DNA of 64,000 nucleotides from Podarcis muralis (Eukaryota). Each line of letters starts with the position of its first letter. Positions within the stretch are counted from its first letter, which is position 1. Shown in pieces: positions 25,487-37,884 of the stretch. The stretch covers positions 27,528,001-27,592,000 of the forward strand of contig NC_135664.1 of NCBI RefSeq assembly GCF_964188315.1, read 5' to 3'. The position numbers were made by a program, and so were the translations under genes. The notes beneath the pieces are model-generated. The model was given only the letters and a program-made list of their open reading frames with translations, was not told the origin of the DNA and did not search any database.

Positions 25487-26099
25487 AAAACAAAAACAAA
25501 AACACTCTTAGCAGTGCTTGATTTCTAACATAAAGCACAACTACTTTATAATATGATCACACAATCTGATCCAATGCCTCGTTCGTTTTGTACCTCATGT
25601 ACTATGGGCCTGATCCAAACTCCCATTTGAATGAATTGGCAGCTTCTCTCCCTATGCCCATGGCTATGGATTGGATCCTGGGTTTGCAATGTATACCATT
25701 GATCCTACAAGCGGAGGGTAAGTATCTATTACGGCCAGCTCTTTCTTGTAATTACGGCAATCCACTCTCATTATTTAATGGGGATGCTTATTTAGGATAT
25801 TCTCCTGCCTTCAACCTCATTTGGAAACACTGTAATTTAGCCTCACTTTTGGCACCAAGATTTCAGCCTCGCTCTAATTAAGGCGAACAAAGTTGTGTTA
25901 AAACTTGATTGTGGCAGCTGAGAAGAATTTCCACACACAGAAGGAATGCTCCTGCTGAATACAACACTCTGCTCCCTTGGTTATTCTTCTGCCACACCAT
26001 CTGTCCTGAAGTATGCAACCAAAGACACATGTTTAACAGCTTTGGTACATCACTTGGAAGCCACTGAAGAGCTAGTCCTATCTATTTGCTACCAATAAT

Positions 26100-26193
26100 A
26101 TTGTACTGACGTTTGATCAAATTGTACTAATCAAGATTGTACTGACGTTTGATCAAATTGTACTAATCAAGATTGTACTGATGTTTGATCAAA
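26100..26193. repeat. 36-bp tandem repeat, about 2.6 copies
   Basis: ATTGTACTGACGTTTGATCAAATTGTACTAATCAAG starts at 26100 and 26136, with a partial copy at 26172. Confidence 0.93.
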
Positions 26194-26588
26194 CTGCAAA
26201 TCCGTGCTATAGTACATGTTTCAAGGTCTTCCAGCATAGTTAATGGTATCTGTTTTTCAAAGCATCTCTTGTAGCACAAAGGAGATTTCACAGAAGGTTT
26301 AAAACTTTAACCCAGGAAAATAGCAACAATTGCTCCAAAGAATGTTTAAGTGTCAGTGCTATTGGGAAATACAAGCACAACTCATTCAACGATGCACTCC
26401 TGCCAACTGTGTGCTCTTAAAAAATAAAAGTAAAAGTAGAAGGAAGTATTTGGGGAGATTTAGCTTTAAAAATAAAAACAACAGATTAATGCAGGAGCAG
26501 AACATAATTATGGGTAAAACATGTGAAAGCGATTCAGACTAGAAATAGTCTCCCTGAAATTGTCTAGATGTAATCACAGTTACCTGTG

Positions 26589-26837
26589 AAGAAGAAGAAG
26601 AAGAGTTTGGATTTGATATCCCGCTTTATCACTACCCGAAGGAGTCTCAAAGCGGCTAACATTCTCCTTTCCCTTCCTCCCCCACAACAAACACTCTGTG
26701 AGGGGAGTGGGGCTGAGAGACTTCACAGAAGTGTGACTGGCCCAAGGTCACCCAGCAGCTGCATGTGGAGGAGCGGGGAAGCGAACCCGGTTCCCCAGAT
26801 TACGACTCTACCGCTCTTAACCACTACACCACACTGG
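26589..26837 (-). mobile_element. Squam3-type SINE
   Basis: Full body. 7-bp TSD ACCTGTG (26582-26588, 26838-26844). Confidence 0.92.
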
Positions 26838-28620
26838 ACCTGTGGAGAAAGCCAGTTTGTCTTCAGACTGTTAGTGGTTTGTAGGATGAATTCAAACACA
26901 TATCAGAATTCTAGGTTTACACTGGTGGAATACATACACTTGAATACTCTTTGTTCTATAACCTCCCTGTAAACAAATCTCAATAAAAAGCTAGTCTAAC
27001 CTCCGAGTAAGCTTTGTGCAAGTAAATCAGGATGAATTCTCAATTAAAAAATTGACCAGAGGAGCCTCCAGGCTGTCAATTGTCCAGAAAGCCCAAAGAA
27101 ACTTGGTGTACTTGGAATTGCAGTGAAGCCACCGGTTTCACTAGCTTCCACCAAAATTGGAAGACTGGCGATGATACTTCATTGATACTTATATTTACTT
27201 TATGTTAAAAAGGCTGAAGTCTGTGTAGACATGCATAGGAATGTACTGTTGTCAAATACACATCTGTAATGGTCTCCACAGGAAACTTCCTTAAATGATG
27301 GATGTGAAACAATGTGAAACAATGAAGCAATATTTACAAATGCAGTTTGGGCTCTTTGTAGATATAATTGAAAGGGACAAATTATTTTACTGGAACCTCA
27401 GAGAGGAATTAAAGCTCATCCAACCACATCAACTTCTAAAGTAGGAGCAATAGTTGCTGCTGGCCTTTCAGATGCATTCAATGATTTTTCTATGACTTCA
27501 CTCACATTCTTTGGCAACTGCGAGGCTCGCAAATGTTTCATTTTTATTCTCGTTCGCCTTTGATCGCAGAGCGAGTCACGGACCATGACCCATGTGGCAT
27601 TTGTAGCTAAGCGAAGTCCTTAGCACTTTCCCTTACAGCACCCATGGTCTTGCTGATCTCTTCATCACTTTTTTTTTAAAAAAGTGCTTTAAATTATTTA
27701 ACTCAATTACAGTTACATCCTGCAGCTTTAAGCAACAGACACTCAATACCAGCCTCAAGGAGATGACACAAACATTGGGTCTTGTTATTGTCATATAAAG
27801 ACATGCTTTATCCGAGGGGTGGCTAACCTGCGGCCCTGCAGATGTTGTATTCCCACTCTCATCCATCTCAGCCGGCATGACCAATTGCCAGGGATGATGC
27901 AAGCTAAAGGGCTATAGATAGTCACCTCTGCTTTACGTGTCACTGTTTGTCCTCAGATCTGAAAGATGAGAATAAGCTGCAGCTGGATTTCTGAACGTCA
28001 GTTTTGATGCCTGAATACAAAGTGCATACTGTGTCAGTTGCGAAGGCTGCAAGCTCTCATAAATAACATCGCTTCCTTTTAAAGTGGAATAGATTAGTGC
28101 CTGGGAACAGGCTGGTGCCCTAAGGGAAGTTTGTTGGCTTACTATTCTAGACTGCAAAGCTTTAGACTGAAGGAAAAGGTACCACATTTCTGAATGATCC
28201 CTGATGCAAAACCAGCCAGCCATCAAATACCTGCATGCAATAAACCAGGACATCAGTGAGATGTTTCACACAAGCCTCTCTGATGTGCTAATTTACTACA
28301 TGCAGGAAGCTGTTTTCACATTAAAAAAATATGTCCTGCCCTTGCAGTCTGAATTGGGACCCAGTTCACATAATGGGTCAAATGGCAGGGTGTGCTTACT
28401 GAGGACACAAGAAAGCACAAACAGGCAGCCTAATTCCCCATCTGACTTGAGGAACTTCTTTGTGTCCAGTCCAGAAGTTGAAAAGTGTAAGATGCTGCTG
28501 CTGTTTCCTTGTGGCTGACTGCCAGCTGAGAGTTGGCAGTGCTGTGAAGGAATTTTACCTAGGTCCCTGACTTGTGACTGTGATCTGGGGTTTATAGCTT
28601 ACCCGTAGCAAATCATAATA

Positions 28621-28857
28621 CAGTTGTACCTTGGAAGTTGAACAGAATCCATTCCAGAAGTCCATTCGACTTCCAAAACATTCGAAAACCAAACAGAAAC
28701 CAAAACCAGGAAGCTCCTGCAGCCAATCGGAAGCTGTGGAAGCCCCATTGAATGTTCGGCTTCCAAAAATAGTTTGTAAACAGTCACTTCTGCTTTTGAG
28801 ACATTCGGGAGGCAAAATGTTCGAGAACTAAGCTGTTCGAAAACCAAGGTATAACTG
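28621..28857. mobile_element. Tc1/mariner MITE, family B
   Basis: TIR CAGTTGTACCTTGG / CCAAGGTATAACTG and TA on both sides. Homologous to 32374-32611. Confidence 0.88.
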
Positions 28858-29035
28858 TACGTTTGCTAGAGTTTGTCTGGCTAGTATCTGCAATCCTTCC
28901 TTAGGGCACAATGCATGTGTGTTGGGGGGGAGCAGGCCTTTTGCATTTAGAGCACCCCCTAAAATGGCTTTAGAGGTAGGCCAGGCCATCCTGGGGGTTG
29001 GTCCACCACCCCCACCCCCAGATTGTTGTTGGTGG

Positions 29036-29234
29036 CAGCGGTGTACGGTGAAATTATTCATAGGGGAACAGGTAGGGCTAGAGATGCCAGTTTGCAAGGA
29101 TGATGTCTTGAGTGTGAGTATCACACCTCCCTCCCTAAGCCAGGCAGAAGCTCCCCAGGCTTTGGGAAGGAGGTGCCAGGGGAACATTTAGGGGACTAGC
29201 TTAGTCCCCCTAGTCCACTGACTGCACACCACTG
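29036..29234. mobile_element. hAT MITE nested in an older repeat
   Basis: TIR CAGCGGTGTAC / TGCACACCACTG. Perfect 8-bp TSD GTTGGTGG (29028-29035, 29235-29242). Confidence 0.82.
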
Positions 29235-29509
29235 GTTGGTGGGTGGGCCAAACATATTTTCTTCCCTAGGTATGTTCCCTAGCAGGTGGACTGGGGCTTC
29301 CACTGTCGACATTTGGGATGCCAGTGAATTGGGGGGTACCTGGGCATGCTACACAACATTTTCTGAAAGTTGCAATCCATAAAATTGTGGCCTGCTTTTT
29401 TTCAGGTGAGGGGAGATGCAGTCTCTGTTCTTTCTCTCCCTAACTCTACTCCCTGCTCAAATAGTTGCAGATGCCATGAAGACCAAGCTGTGGTGTCACA
29501 AAGATATAT

Positions 29510-29887
29510 GTTGTTGTTTAGTCGTTTAGCAGTGTCTGACTTTTCGTGACCCCATGGACCAGAGCACGCCAGGCACTCCTGTCTTCCACTGCCTCCCGCA
29601 GTTTGGCCAAACTCATGTTAGTAGCCTCAAGAACACTGTCCAACCATCTCGTCCTCTGTTGTCCCCTTCTCCTTGTGCCCTCAATCTTTCCCAACATCAG
29701 GGTCTTTTCCAGGGAGTCTTCCCTTCTCATGAGGTGGCCAAAGTATTGCAGTCTCAGCTTCAGGATCTGTCCTTCCAGTGAGCACTCAGGGCTGATTTCC
29801 TCCAGAATGGATAGGTTTGATATTCGTGCAATCCATGGGACTCTCAAGAGTCTCCTCCAGCACCATAATTCAAAAGCATAAATTCTT
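29510..29887 (-). mobile_element. Bov-B (RTE clade) LINE 3' end
   Basis: Minus-strand ORF RVPWIARISNLSILEEISPECSLEGQILKLRLQYFGHLMRREDSLEKTLMLGKIEG...LLND* and a (CAA)n tail. Confidence 0.95.
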
Positions 29888-29899
29888 ATAAAATAAATA

Positions 29900-30125
29900 C
29901 AGTGGTACCTCGGGTTACATAAGCTTCAGGTTACACACTCCGCTAACCCAGAAATAGTGCTTCAGGTTAAGAACTTTGCTTCAGGATAAGAACAGAAATC
30001 GTGCTCCGGCAGCGTGGCAGCAGCAGGAGGCCCCATTAGCTAAAGTGGTGCTTCAGGTTAAGAACAGTTTCAGGTTAAGAACAGACCTCCGGAACGAATT
30101 AAGTACTTAACCTGAGGTACCACTG
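29900..30125 (+). mobile_element. Tc1/mariner MITE, family A
   Basis: CAGTGGTACCTCGGG...GAGGTACCACTG with TA TSD. Confidence 0.93.
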
Positions 30126-30347
30126 TATTACATTTTAAAGCCAGTTGGAAAAACAACAACCCTATTCATCATCACCTGGATTAAAAGGTGAAAACAGGAA
30201 GCTGTTTTATACCATTGCTCCGGCTAGGCCCATATTGTCTACACTGACTGGCTGGGTCAGGGTTTCAGGCATATGCTGGGGATTAGGCCTGGGGCATTCT
30301 GCATGTACAGCAGATGTTCTAACTACTGAGCCATGGTTTAGCAAGGG

Positions 30348-30487
30348 CAGTGCTTTTTTTTCCTTAAAAAAATGTTTAGGGGTACTCTCATTTTCCTATA
30401 CATATTGAAATACTGCCCCTCAATGAGGCCAAACTCAGGTTCACAAAATGTTTAGGGGTATGCGTCCCCCTAGAAAAAAAATCACTG
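30348..30487 (+). mobile_element. hAT MITE (CAGTG...CACTG, AAAATGTTTAGGGGTA internal repeat)
   Basis: 8-bp flanks AGCAAGGG / AGCAAGGC (7/8). A second copy lies at 49543-49690. Confidence 0.85.
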
Positions 30488-31504
30488 AGCAAGGCTATGC
30501 AAATATGCTGGCTCCTAGGGAGGAGATTGCAGCTGCTTTGCTCCTTCCCAGTCCTTTTAGCTGAAGGTGACATGGCAGCTAAACCAAGGTTTGTTTTTGC
30601 ATGGCATCCAAATTAAACTCTTTCCTCCTTAACCACAAGGTTAACCTGTAACCAAGGTTTGTTCTTGGGAACTAATGTATTCCTCTGGGTTGTTATTCCT
30701 GGTGATAATTATGATTAATATTAGCAACTCTTCCATTTCCTTTAGTAACATCTGTAGGAAATCAAGCCTGATGGTGTTTTGCAGTCAACAGCTGCTTAGT
30801 ATTACATTAAGTGAAACAGATAACAGTTCCTTATAGATACTCTTATCTATTCTTTATTTTATTTTAAATTTTCTCCCCCACCCCCCGCTTTATTGCAAGA
30901 TTAATGTTTTCAAAGGCCTTGATGCTCTTGGGAAAGCCATACATTCTTCTTCGGAAAATTATTTCTTGTTTTCAGTATTTTATAGTAAACTACACTCACT
31001 CCAAAATCAAATTTTGCAGAGCTTCAATATTTCTCTGGAATATACACAATATGAAAAAAATGAGCTTCAGTCTCCCTCAGTAATTTCCTGTCCTGAAGTG
31101 ATTAACATATGATATTAATTACATTGTTACAAATTCCTAATAACTACCATCCTCCCAATCACCAAAATTTGAATTTTATTAAAATACCTTCTGGATCAGA
31201 GCATGCCAGTCATACCACCTATTTAAATTTCACATCCAGACACCTGAGAAGCTCACAAGCAAGGCTGGTGTTCTACACCACCCTTTGTCTTCCAGCAAAT
31301 GATAATCTGAGGCATTTTGTCTCCAAACATGGAGCTTTTATTTACAAGTGCCACATGCAACAATTCATTTTATTGCAGAGGTGACTAAGTTTCGGCTCTT
31401 CAGATGTTGCTGGACTACAACTCCTATAATCTCTGACTATATTGGCCAAACTTGGCTAGGAGTTAGCCACCCCGTTTTAATGTATCCCTAGCCTCTAAAT
31501 TTCA

Positions 31505-31641
31505 ACAGGGTTTTCCAAACTTGGGTCTCCAGCTGTGGTTGGACTACAACTCCCATCATCCTTAGCTTGCTGCACTAGTGGTCAGGGATGATAGGAACTG
31601 TTGTCCAAAACCAGCTGGAGACACAAGTTTGGGAAACCCTG
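31505..31641. mobile_element. Palindromic hAT MITE
   Basis: TIR CAGGGTTTTCCAAACTTG / CAAGTTTGGGAAACCCTG. No TSD recognised. Confidence 0.85.
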
Positions 31642-31664
31642 CTCTTAAACAAGAGTGTCTAACT

Positions 31665-31800
31665 CAGGCTTCCTCAACCTCGGCCCTCCAGACGTTTTTG
31701 GCCTACAACTCCCATGATCCTTAGCTAGCAGGACTTGTGGTCAGGGATGATGGGAATTGTAGTCTCAAAACATCTGGAGGGCCGAGGATGAGGAAGCCTG
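31665..31800. mobile_element. Palindromic hAT MITE
   Basis: TIR CAGGCTTCCTCA / TGAGGAAGCCTG. Perfect 8-bp TSD GTCTAACT (31657-31664, 31801-31808). Confidence 0.92.
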
Positions 31801-32124
31801 GTCTAACTCCTTTTTTGCCAAAAGGGTTAAAGGGTGAAAGTGGCCAATGGTCAGCACCCCATAAGTCTGAATAAGTTTCAAGTTTCAAATATCTTCTAAG
31901 CAGTTGCTGGAAATTGAACAGTGAATGTTCCTGCAGGATGTCAATAGGCAGGGAATTCCAAAGGGTAGGTGCTGTGGCAATTAGATTGCTTCAAGAATAG
32001 AGTTTTGTGTGCATGTCTTGTGTTAAGTAGCTCTGAATGAATGAATGGCCTATTAAAGTACTGATCTGCTGTTATGTACGAGCAGAAGCAGAGGAAGTGG
32101 TGGCTGCATTCAGCTGTAGTAATA

Positions 32125-32355
32125 CAGTGGTACCTCAGTTTAAGAACAGTCCGGTTTAAGAACAATTTGGTTTACAAACTCTGCAAAACCAGAAATAGTG
32201 TCTTGGTTTGAGAACTTTACCTCGGTCTAAGAACAGAATCTGAATTCTGTTCAGTGGAAGGGCACTGGCGGTGGGAGGCCTCATTAGGGAAAGTGAGCCT
32301 CGTTTTAAGAACGGACTTCCAGAACAGATTAAGTTTGTAGACTGAGGTACCACTG
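32125..32355. mobile_element. Tc1/mariner MITE, family C
   Basis: TIR CAGTGGTACCTCAGT / ACTGAGGTACCACTG, with TA at left and CA at right. Confidence 0.88.
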
Positions 32356-32373
32356 CAGATGCTTCTTCAAATA

Positions 32374-32611
32374 CAGTCGTACCTTGGTTCTCCAATTTAA
32401 TCCATTCTGGGAGTCCATTTGACTCCCAAAATGGTTCGAAAACCAAGGCATGGCTTCCGATTGGCTGCAGGAGCTTTCTGCAGCCAATTGGAAGCTGCAG
32501 AAGCTACGTCGGATATTTGGCTTCCAAAAAACGTTCACAAACCGGAACACTCACTTCTGGGTTTGCCAATTTCTTCGACAACTAAGGCGTTCGACTACCA
32601 AGGTACAACTG
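32374..32611. mobile_element. Tc1/mariner MITE, family B
   Basis: TIR CAGTCGTACCTTGG / CCAAGGTACAACTG and TA TSD. Confidence 0.88.
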
Positions 32612-33288
32612 TAGTATTTAATGATATGGCCGGTGGTACTACCTGTGCAATGGATTTGTGGTACAATATTCTTAGTCTGTTCACTTCCTCACTCCCAGCA
32701 TAAGATGGTTCCAGTTCACTATAATTGCAGTCGGAGAGGTAAGCAATAGAGCAGCATGCAATTTCTGGTTGAGATGCTCAGGATGAAGAAAAACAAAAGT
32801 GTCGTTAGAAAACAAGAGTGAAGCTGGAATTATTCTTGGCCCACCAAAGATGATTCCTGGTAGTTCAAAATGGAGGCCCAAGCCCTTCTCATGATGGGAG
32901 GTCTGAGTAAATGAACGTGGCCCTTCCTTTGTTATTGCTGATAAGGTCCAACATTAAGATTATGGTTGCCAAACATATGGCTTTGCCAGGAAATTTAACA
33001 AAAGCTGCTTTGATCCCAGCCATTGCTGAACTTTAAGAATATACTGCCTCCCATCCCAGGTCTGCTTTCACAAGTTTCCTCAAACAAAGAGCTCTGTGTT
33101 TATTTATCAACAAGATAATTTGCTAACATTTCCCTTTTTTAAAAAAATACTTCCACCAGTTTTGTCTTGGGCGGAAAATAAAATATATAACCTCAACTAT
33201 GTGATGTTGTTGAAAGGTCAATGGCTCTTTCTTCCTTTATGACATCTTTTGGGCCTTATTCAGATGCCATCAATACCTTCACACCTGT

Positions 33289-33340
33289 CTTCTTCTTCTT
33301 CTTCTTCTTCTTCTTCTTCTTCTTCTTCTTCTTCTTCTTC
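33289..33340. repeat. (CTT)n microsatellite
   Basis: Directly visible. No adjacent SINE body. Confidence 0.95.
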
Positions 33341-33734
33341 GCCCAATTCAGCAAGCGTTGCATTTTCTTAAACCTCATAAACTGTGAAGGATTGTCCAAA
33401 TGAGCTTTTTTTTCAGGTGGGTATGTATAGTCCACGAAGTCAGCTGTGCAGAGTAGCTGTCTCAATCCTGAGCCAGAATATGGAGCATGTGGATAAGGGG
33501 GAAACCGGTTGGATCCAGGCAAGACGGAAATGATAGTGTACAGTAAGGTGGTCTAATTCCCTGGAGGATGTTGGATTTGCTTGAAAGTCTCTTGTCCTCT
33601 TTGCAGGCCTAGCACCACTAGTAGAAAATGAGATTTGTCAGCTATACTATCTCTTAGACAGCAAGTTCTTTGCCATGGTCATGCATGTTTTTGGTAACTT
33701 CTGGGATAAAAATTCCTGTTATGTGCTCTGTCTA

Positions 33735-33936
33735 CAGCTATCTTTGGTTTTGAAGCTTCAGGTTACAGACTCCGCTAACCCAGAAACAGTGCTTCAGGTT
33801 AAGAACTTTGCTTCAGGATGAGAACAGAAATCTTGCTCCAGCGGCATCAGTTAAAGTGGTGTTTCAGGTTAAGAACAGTTTCAGGTTAAGTACGGACCTC
33901 CGGAACGAATTAAGTACTTAACCCGAGGTACCACTG
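33735..33936 (+). mobile_element. Tc1/mariner MITE, family A (degenerate left end)
   Basis: Body matches the 29900 copy. Right TIR CCGAGGTACCACTG followed by TA. Confidence 0.88.
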
Positions 33937-36900
33937 TATATGTTTGTTACTGCTAAGCTTCCTGAATAACAATTCAGTTAGCTACCTTACGCTTTAGGAA
34001 AGGCCTGGGTATTATTTTTTAATATGTCAATTAAACTAATGTAATATATGACTTATGGCCTTCCCAGCTGGCCGAATAAGTCTCTGCTTTGGGTGTCTGT
34101 TACTCTCTTAAATTATTTTTGTTGCATTCTGTACATCGCCTTGAGACATGTGGGGAAGGTGGTAAATAAATAAATCATAAGATAAAAATTATGTAGATAG
34201 ATTCCCATTTGGCTGATGAGTGGGAGGCAGGAAGTGGATAATAAGCGAAGCTGATAGGCTAGCAAGTAGATTTCCCCATTGTCATTTCAAAAGAGAAATG
34301 TGATACCTGACAAAAGCCATCTGAGCACACGGCTCCCATATAGTTTTATAATGTGAAATTGATTGATGGAAAATGGATAATGGTTGCTATGTTAAGAAAA
34401 ATGGTGGATTATTCTCCTCTCCTCACCTTCCCTCCCAGCAGCTACTGGCTCTTGCAGAGGCTTGGGGTCAGATGCTTGATTAAGTGAATTATAGCTAAAA
34501 TCCCCTAGTATAAACCATGTCATGCCCCAGGCTACCCGAAACAATGCTCCCTATTTTAACCCATAATGGGTAGTTGCATTTGGTAAATGGCTTAATCATG
34601 GCAACATAAATATTTATGGGAGAATTGTTCCAATTAAGGTATAAGCTTGTTTAGATGCTATCAGACAGGGTTTTCCCAACAAGAAAATGATTGTTAAGAG
34701 ACATTAGAAAGTGGTTAAACTCTGGAGGAAGGAAAGGTCACTGGACCAATGACATGGAGGTTTTTAAATATGGTTCAATCTAATGGCTGAACCTTTCCCC
34801 CCCTTTCAGTTTAAGAAACTGACCCTTTCTGCAATGAAAAGAAAAACTTAATGAAATGAACTGTAGTCAGCAAACTGCACTAAGTCCTTTATATCTTGGG
34901 TTTATTTTGACATAACCCTGAACTGCATATGTTTCTGTTCAATTTAATCGGACAAATATAGTGGTTTGCATCCAACTGTTATGTTCAGAGTAGACTCATT
35001 GAAATGGTTACACCTAAGTTAGTAATGTTTGTTAATTTCAATGGGTTTTCTCTGAGTAAGACTGACATTGGCTACAACCCAGTAATACTAGTAAAGTTTA
35101 AGAGATTTAATCCAAAAGTTTTAGGCTAGACAAATTATAGCAAAATTTAAAACTGTAGCTTTGTCTTGTCCATGGATGTTTATAAGCATCCTCTTCCAAA
35201 GAGGACTGCAAGCTTTGTCGAATACCACACTCTGCCAATCAGTCTTATCACATCCTCTTGTGTAACCTGTGAAATATTTTTAAAGGATTGGTTTGCAATT
35301 TATGGTGATCAAGGAAGTTTTCGGTTCTCATTTGAAGGTTGTCGGCACCATGAAGGGTTTAAAAATAATTGGACAAATAAGAGAATCTCAAATTATTTTC
35401 CATCAACCTTAATTCTTTTGGAGTCAATAATTTCACAGCAAGCATACTGCAGAACAAGCACAACATGTTCACATGCTATGCCTTCACAACCTAACCATTT
35501 TATGGAAATGATATGCAAATCACATCACACTCCTACGATCAAACATGCAAATTAACAGAGGCCTCCAACTTGCAATATGTTTTGAATGACTGTTTGGGTT
35601 GAATGTGTTGCCAACACCTGGATTACAGTTTTTATTACACTAGTGTAAATCTAGAAAAATGGAATTAATTCCAGATCTTTCAAAATTTCTCGTTTTGCCA
35701 CTGGCACTGTAGTGCATAATTGCAATGCACACAAAAGATTAAAGGTATTTCTCTGGTCATTCTGCTTTTTGAGGTCTTCTGTTAAAAACAGTGGATGACA
35801 TAGGTACTCTCTGCTTGTCAAGGTGTCAAACGAATAACAGACTTTTAATAGGTTTCATTAGGGTTACATTAGAGTGGATTACCTAGGCTTTAACATGCAG
35901 TTTGTAAGCAATTCTACAGTGGAAGAGTGGTATAAAATTTTAAAAAGTACAGTTGAAGCAGTGATGTTCTTTGGGGAAATAAATATATGATCTCTGTGAA
36001 GCTTCATTAATCTCCGGAGCAGTGTGAGTGAGTGTCTGCCATATGGTATATGACTCTAAAGGAATAGCACAAAGGGAAAACTGAAAATCTGGAAGATTTT
36101 TTTTTAAAAGGAGTGTTCTGCAGCACTTCTGCATGGGAGCAAAATCCATTGCTTTCCAATTAGAAATTATGTTTTTTTGATGTAAGAAATCCTGTAGCTG
36201 ACATAACTGATGTTATTCATTATCGTTGGTTGTCTGTTTTTGAAGCTAGCAGCTGTAACACATTTCAGGCCAGGCCATTACACACAAGGAGTTAAAAACT
36301 GCATCCATTTTATTACAAATCCAGCATTTATCTGCTCGCCGATGTAAACCAGCAACCAAACAGCAGATGAGGATTATGGCTTCATACAGGAGCTGGCCCT
36401 CGTTCATTCAAAATGGCGGAATAAGCAAGAGGTGAGGAAAATGCTTACCAAAGAGCATAGCTAGGGCAGGCATGGCTCCAGGTCAATGAGACACCTGAAA
36501 AAAATAGGAGCTATATATGTAATATGAAGCAATGTTCAGTCTTTTACATAATTATATAGGCAGGGAGGGAAGGACAGTATTGTTAAAGGTTAAATGTTGC
36601 ACCTAATTTGGAATACCAGGTATTTTCTTAGCTAGCCACTTCTGACTACATGTCCCAGTTCATAAGCTGTTATGATGTAAATATTAATACAGTGATTTCT
36701 TCATGAACATGATCTATATGCACTTGTTACATATGCACATAAGTGATAATGATGTATACCCTCGTAAATATTTCATGACATCTAAGTAAAGTACTACCTC
36801 ACGTGAAGAAGCAGTCACAAAAATAGCCATGATATTATACATATTTGCCCCAAGCAAACTAATTTTGGAAGCATATATTCAGCTTATTTGATCTACAGAC

Positions 36901-37398
36901 CTTTATACATCAGCTACAGTGTAGGTTTACCAAGAAAAGACACACAATAAACATGCACACAGATTTAAAAATGGAATATAACAAAATTCACAATCAAAAA
37001 TATTCCCTTTAACAATTATGTCCTTGTTTTGATGGCGGCAGCAAGGAACCTGGCTATATTTTATGTAACCTTAGTGTTGGAGTCTGCCATTACAATCTGA
37101 ACATAAAATTCATCTGAGTGCAAAGGAAGTACTGGAGAGTGTAATTGAAATCTGATACCCCTATAAAAAAATACAGTATAGAAGAACATGGGCTAACACT
37201 TCAGCTGAGCTGCTTTCACAAAGGCATATTCTCAAATGCCAAGGCATCCTGGTACCTCAACCTTCCATCACTCTTGTTGGCAAAGCATTGAACCTACCCA
37301 CTGAAAATGCTACACTGTCTCTGGAAATATTTAATATAGCAGTTATCAACCTAGTATCTGGAGGTCCAGTGGTGAGCAAACCCCTTTTACACATCTAG

Positions 37399-37401
<3 letters not shown>

Positions 37402-37451
<50 letters not shown>
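37402..37451. repeat. (TC)n microsatellite
   Basis: Directly visible. Confidence 0.95.
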
Positions 37452-37455
<4 letters not shown>

Positions 37456-37658
37456 CAATTAATTCGTCCTGAAAAGATTTCAATAGATGTATTAAAAAAG
37501 AAGCAGTTATCATTTCAACTAATGGAATGGCAGTGCTCTCTGTGAAGGGCAGTGGTGGTGGTGTTGTTTTCCAGGGGGGACTCAAAGGAACTCAGATAAG
37601 CATAGGAACCTCTCAGATAAGCACAATTGCCATTCTAAGAGAATAAGGGAGGCAGGTA

Positions 37659-37884
37659 CAGTGGTACCTCAGGTTACATACGCTTCAGGTTACAGACTGC
37701 GCTAACTCAGAAATAGTGCTTCAGGTTAAGAACTTTGCTTCAGGATAAGAACAGAAATCGTGCTCTGGCGGCACGGTGGCAGCAGGAGGCCCCATTAGCT
37801 AAAGTGTTGCTTCAGGTTAAGAACAGTTTCAGGTTAAGTACGGACCTCCAGAACAAATTAAGTACTTAACCTGAGGTACCACTG
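37659..37884 (+). mobile_element. Tc1/mariner MITE family A inserted in a hAT MITE (host about 37555-37931)
   Basis: TA TSD. The flanks join to restore the 1329-1468 family (...GAGAATAAGGGAGGCAGG|TA|TTCATGGTGAATTCCAGCACCTCTTTTCTAGAAAAATAGCACTG). Confidence 0.9.

Noticed and set aside
25660-25720. Ig/TCR-like leader exon MDWILGLQCIPLILQAEG|GTAAGT
   Set aside because: The core is weakly hydrophobic, there is no upstream octamer or downstream V exon/RSS, and the start lies in what looks like an old hairpin repeat (25604-25682).
26100-26193. CRISPR array (36-bp repeat)
   Set aside because: The units are directly tandem with no spacers, there are no cas genes, and the DNA is vertebrate.
33221-33522. 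Poly-Phe / poly-Lys ORFs
   Set aside because: These are artefacts of the (CTT)n microsatellite. The same applies to the HT, RE, SL and Y-run ORFs at other microsatellites.
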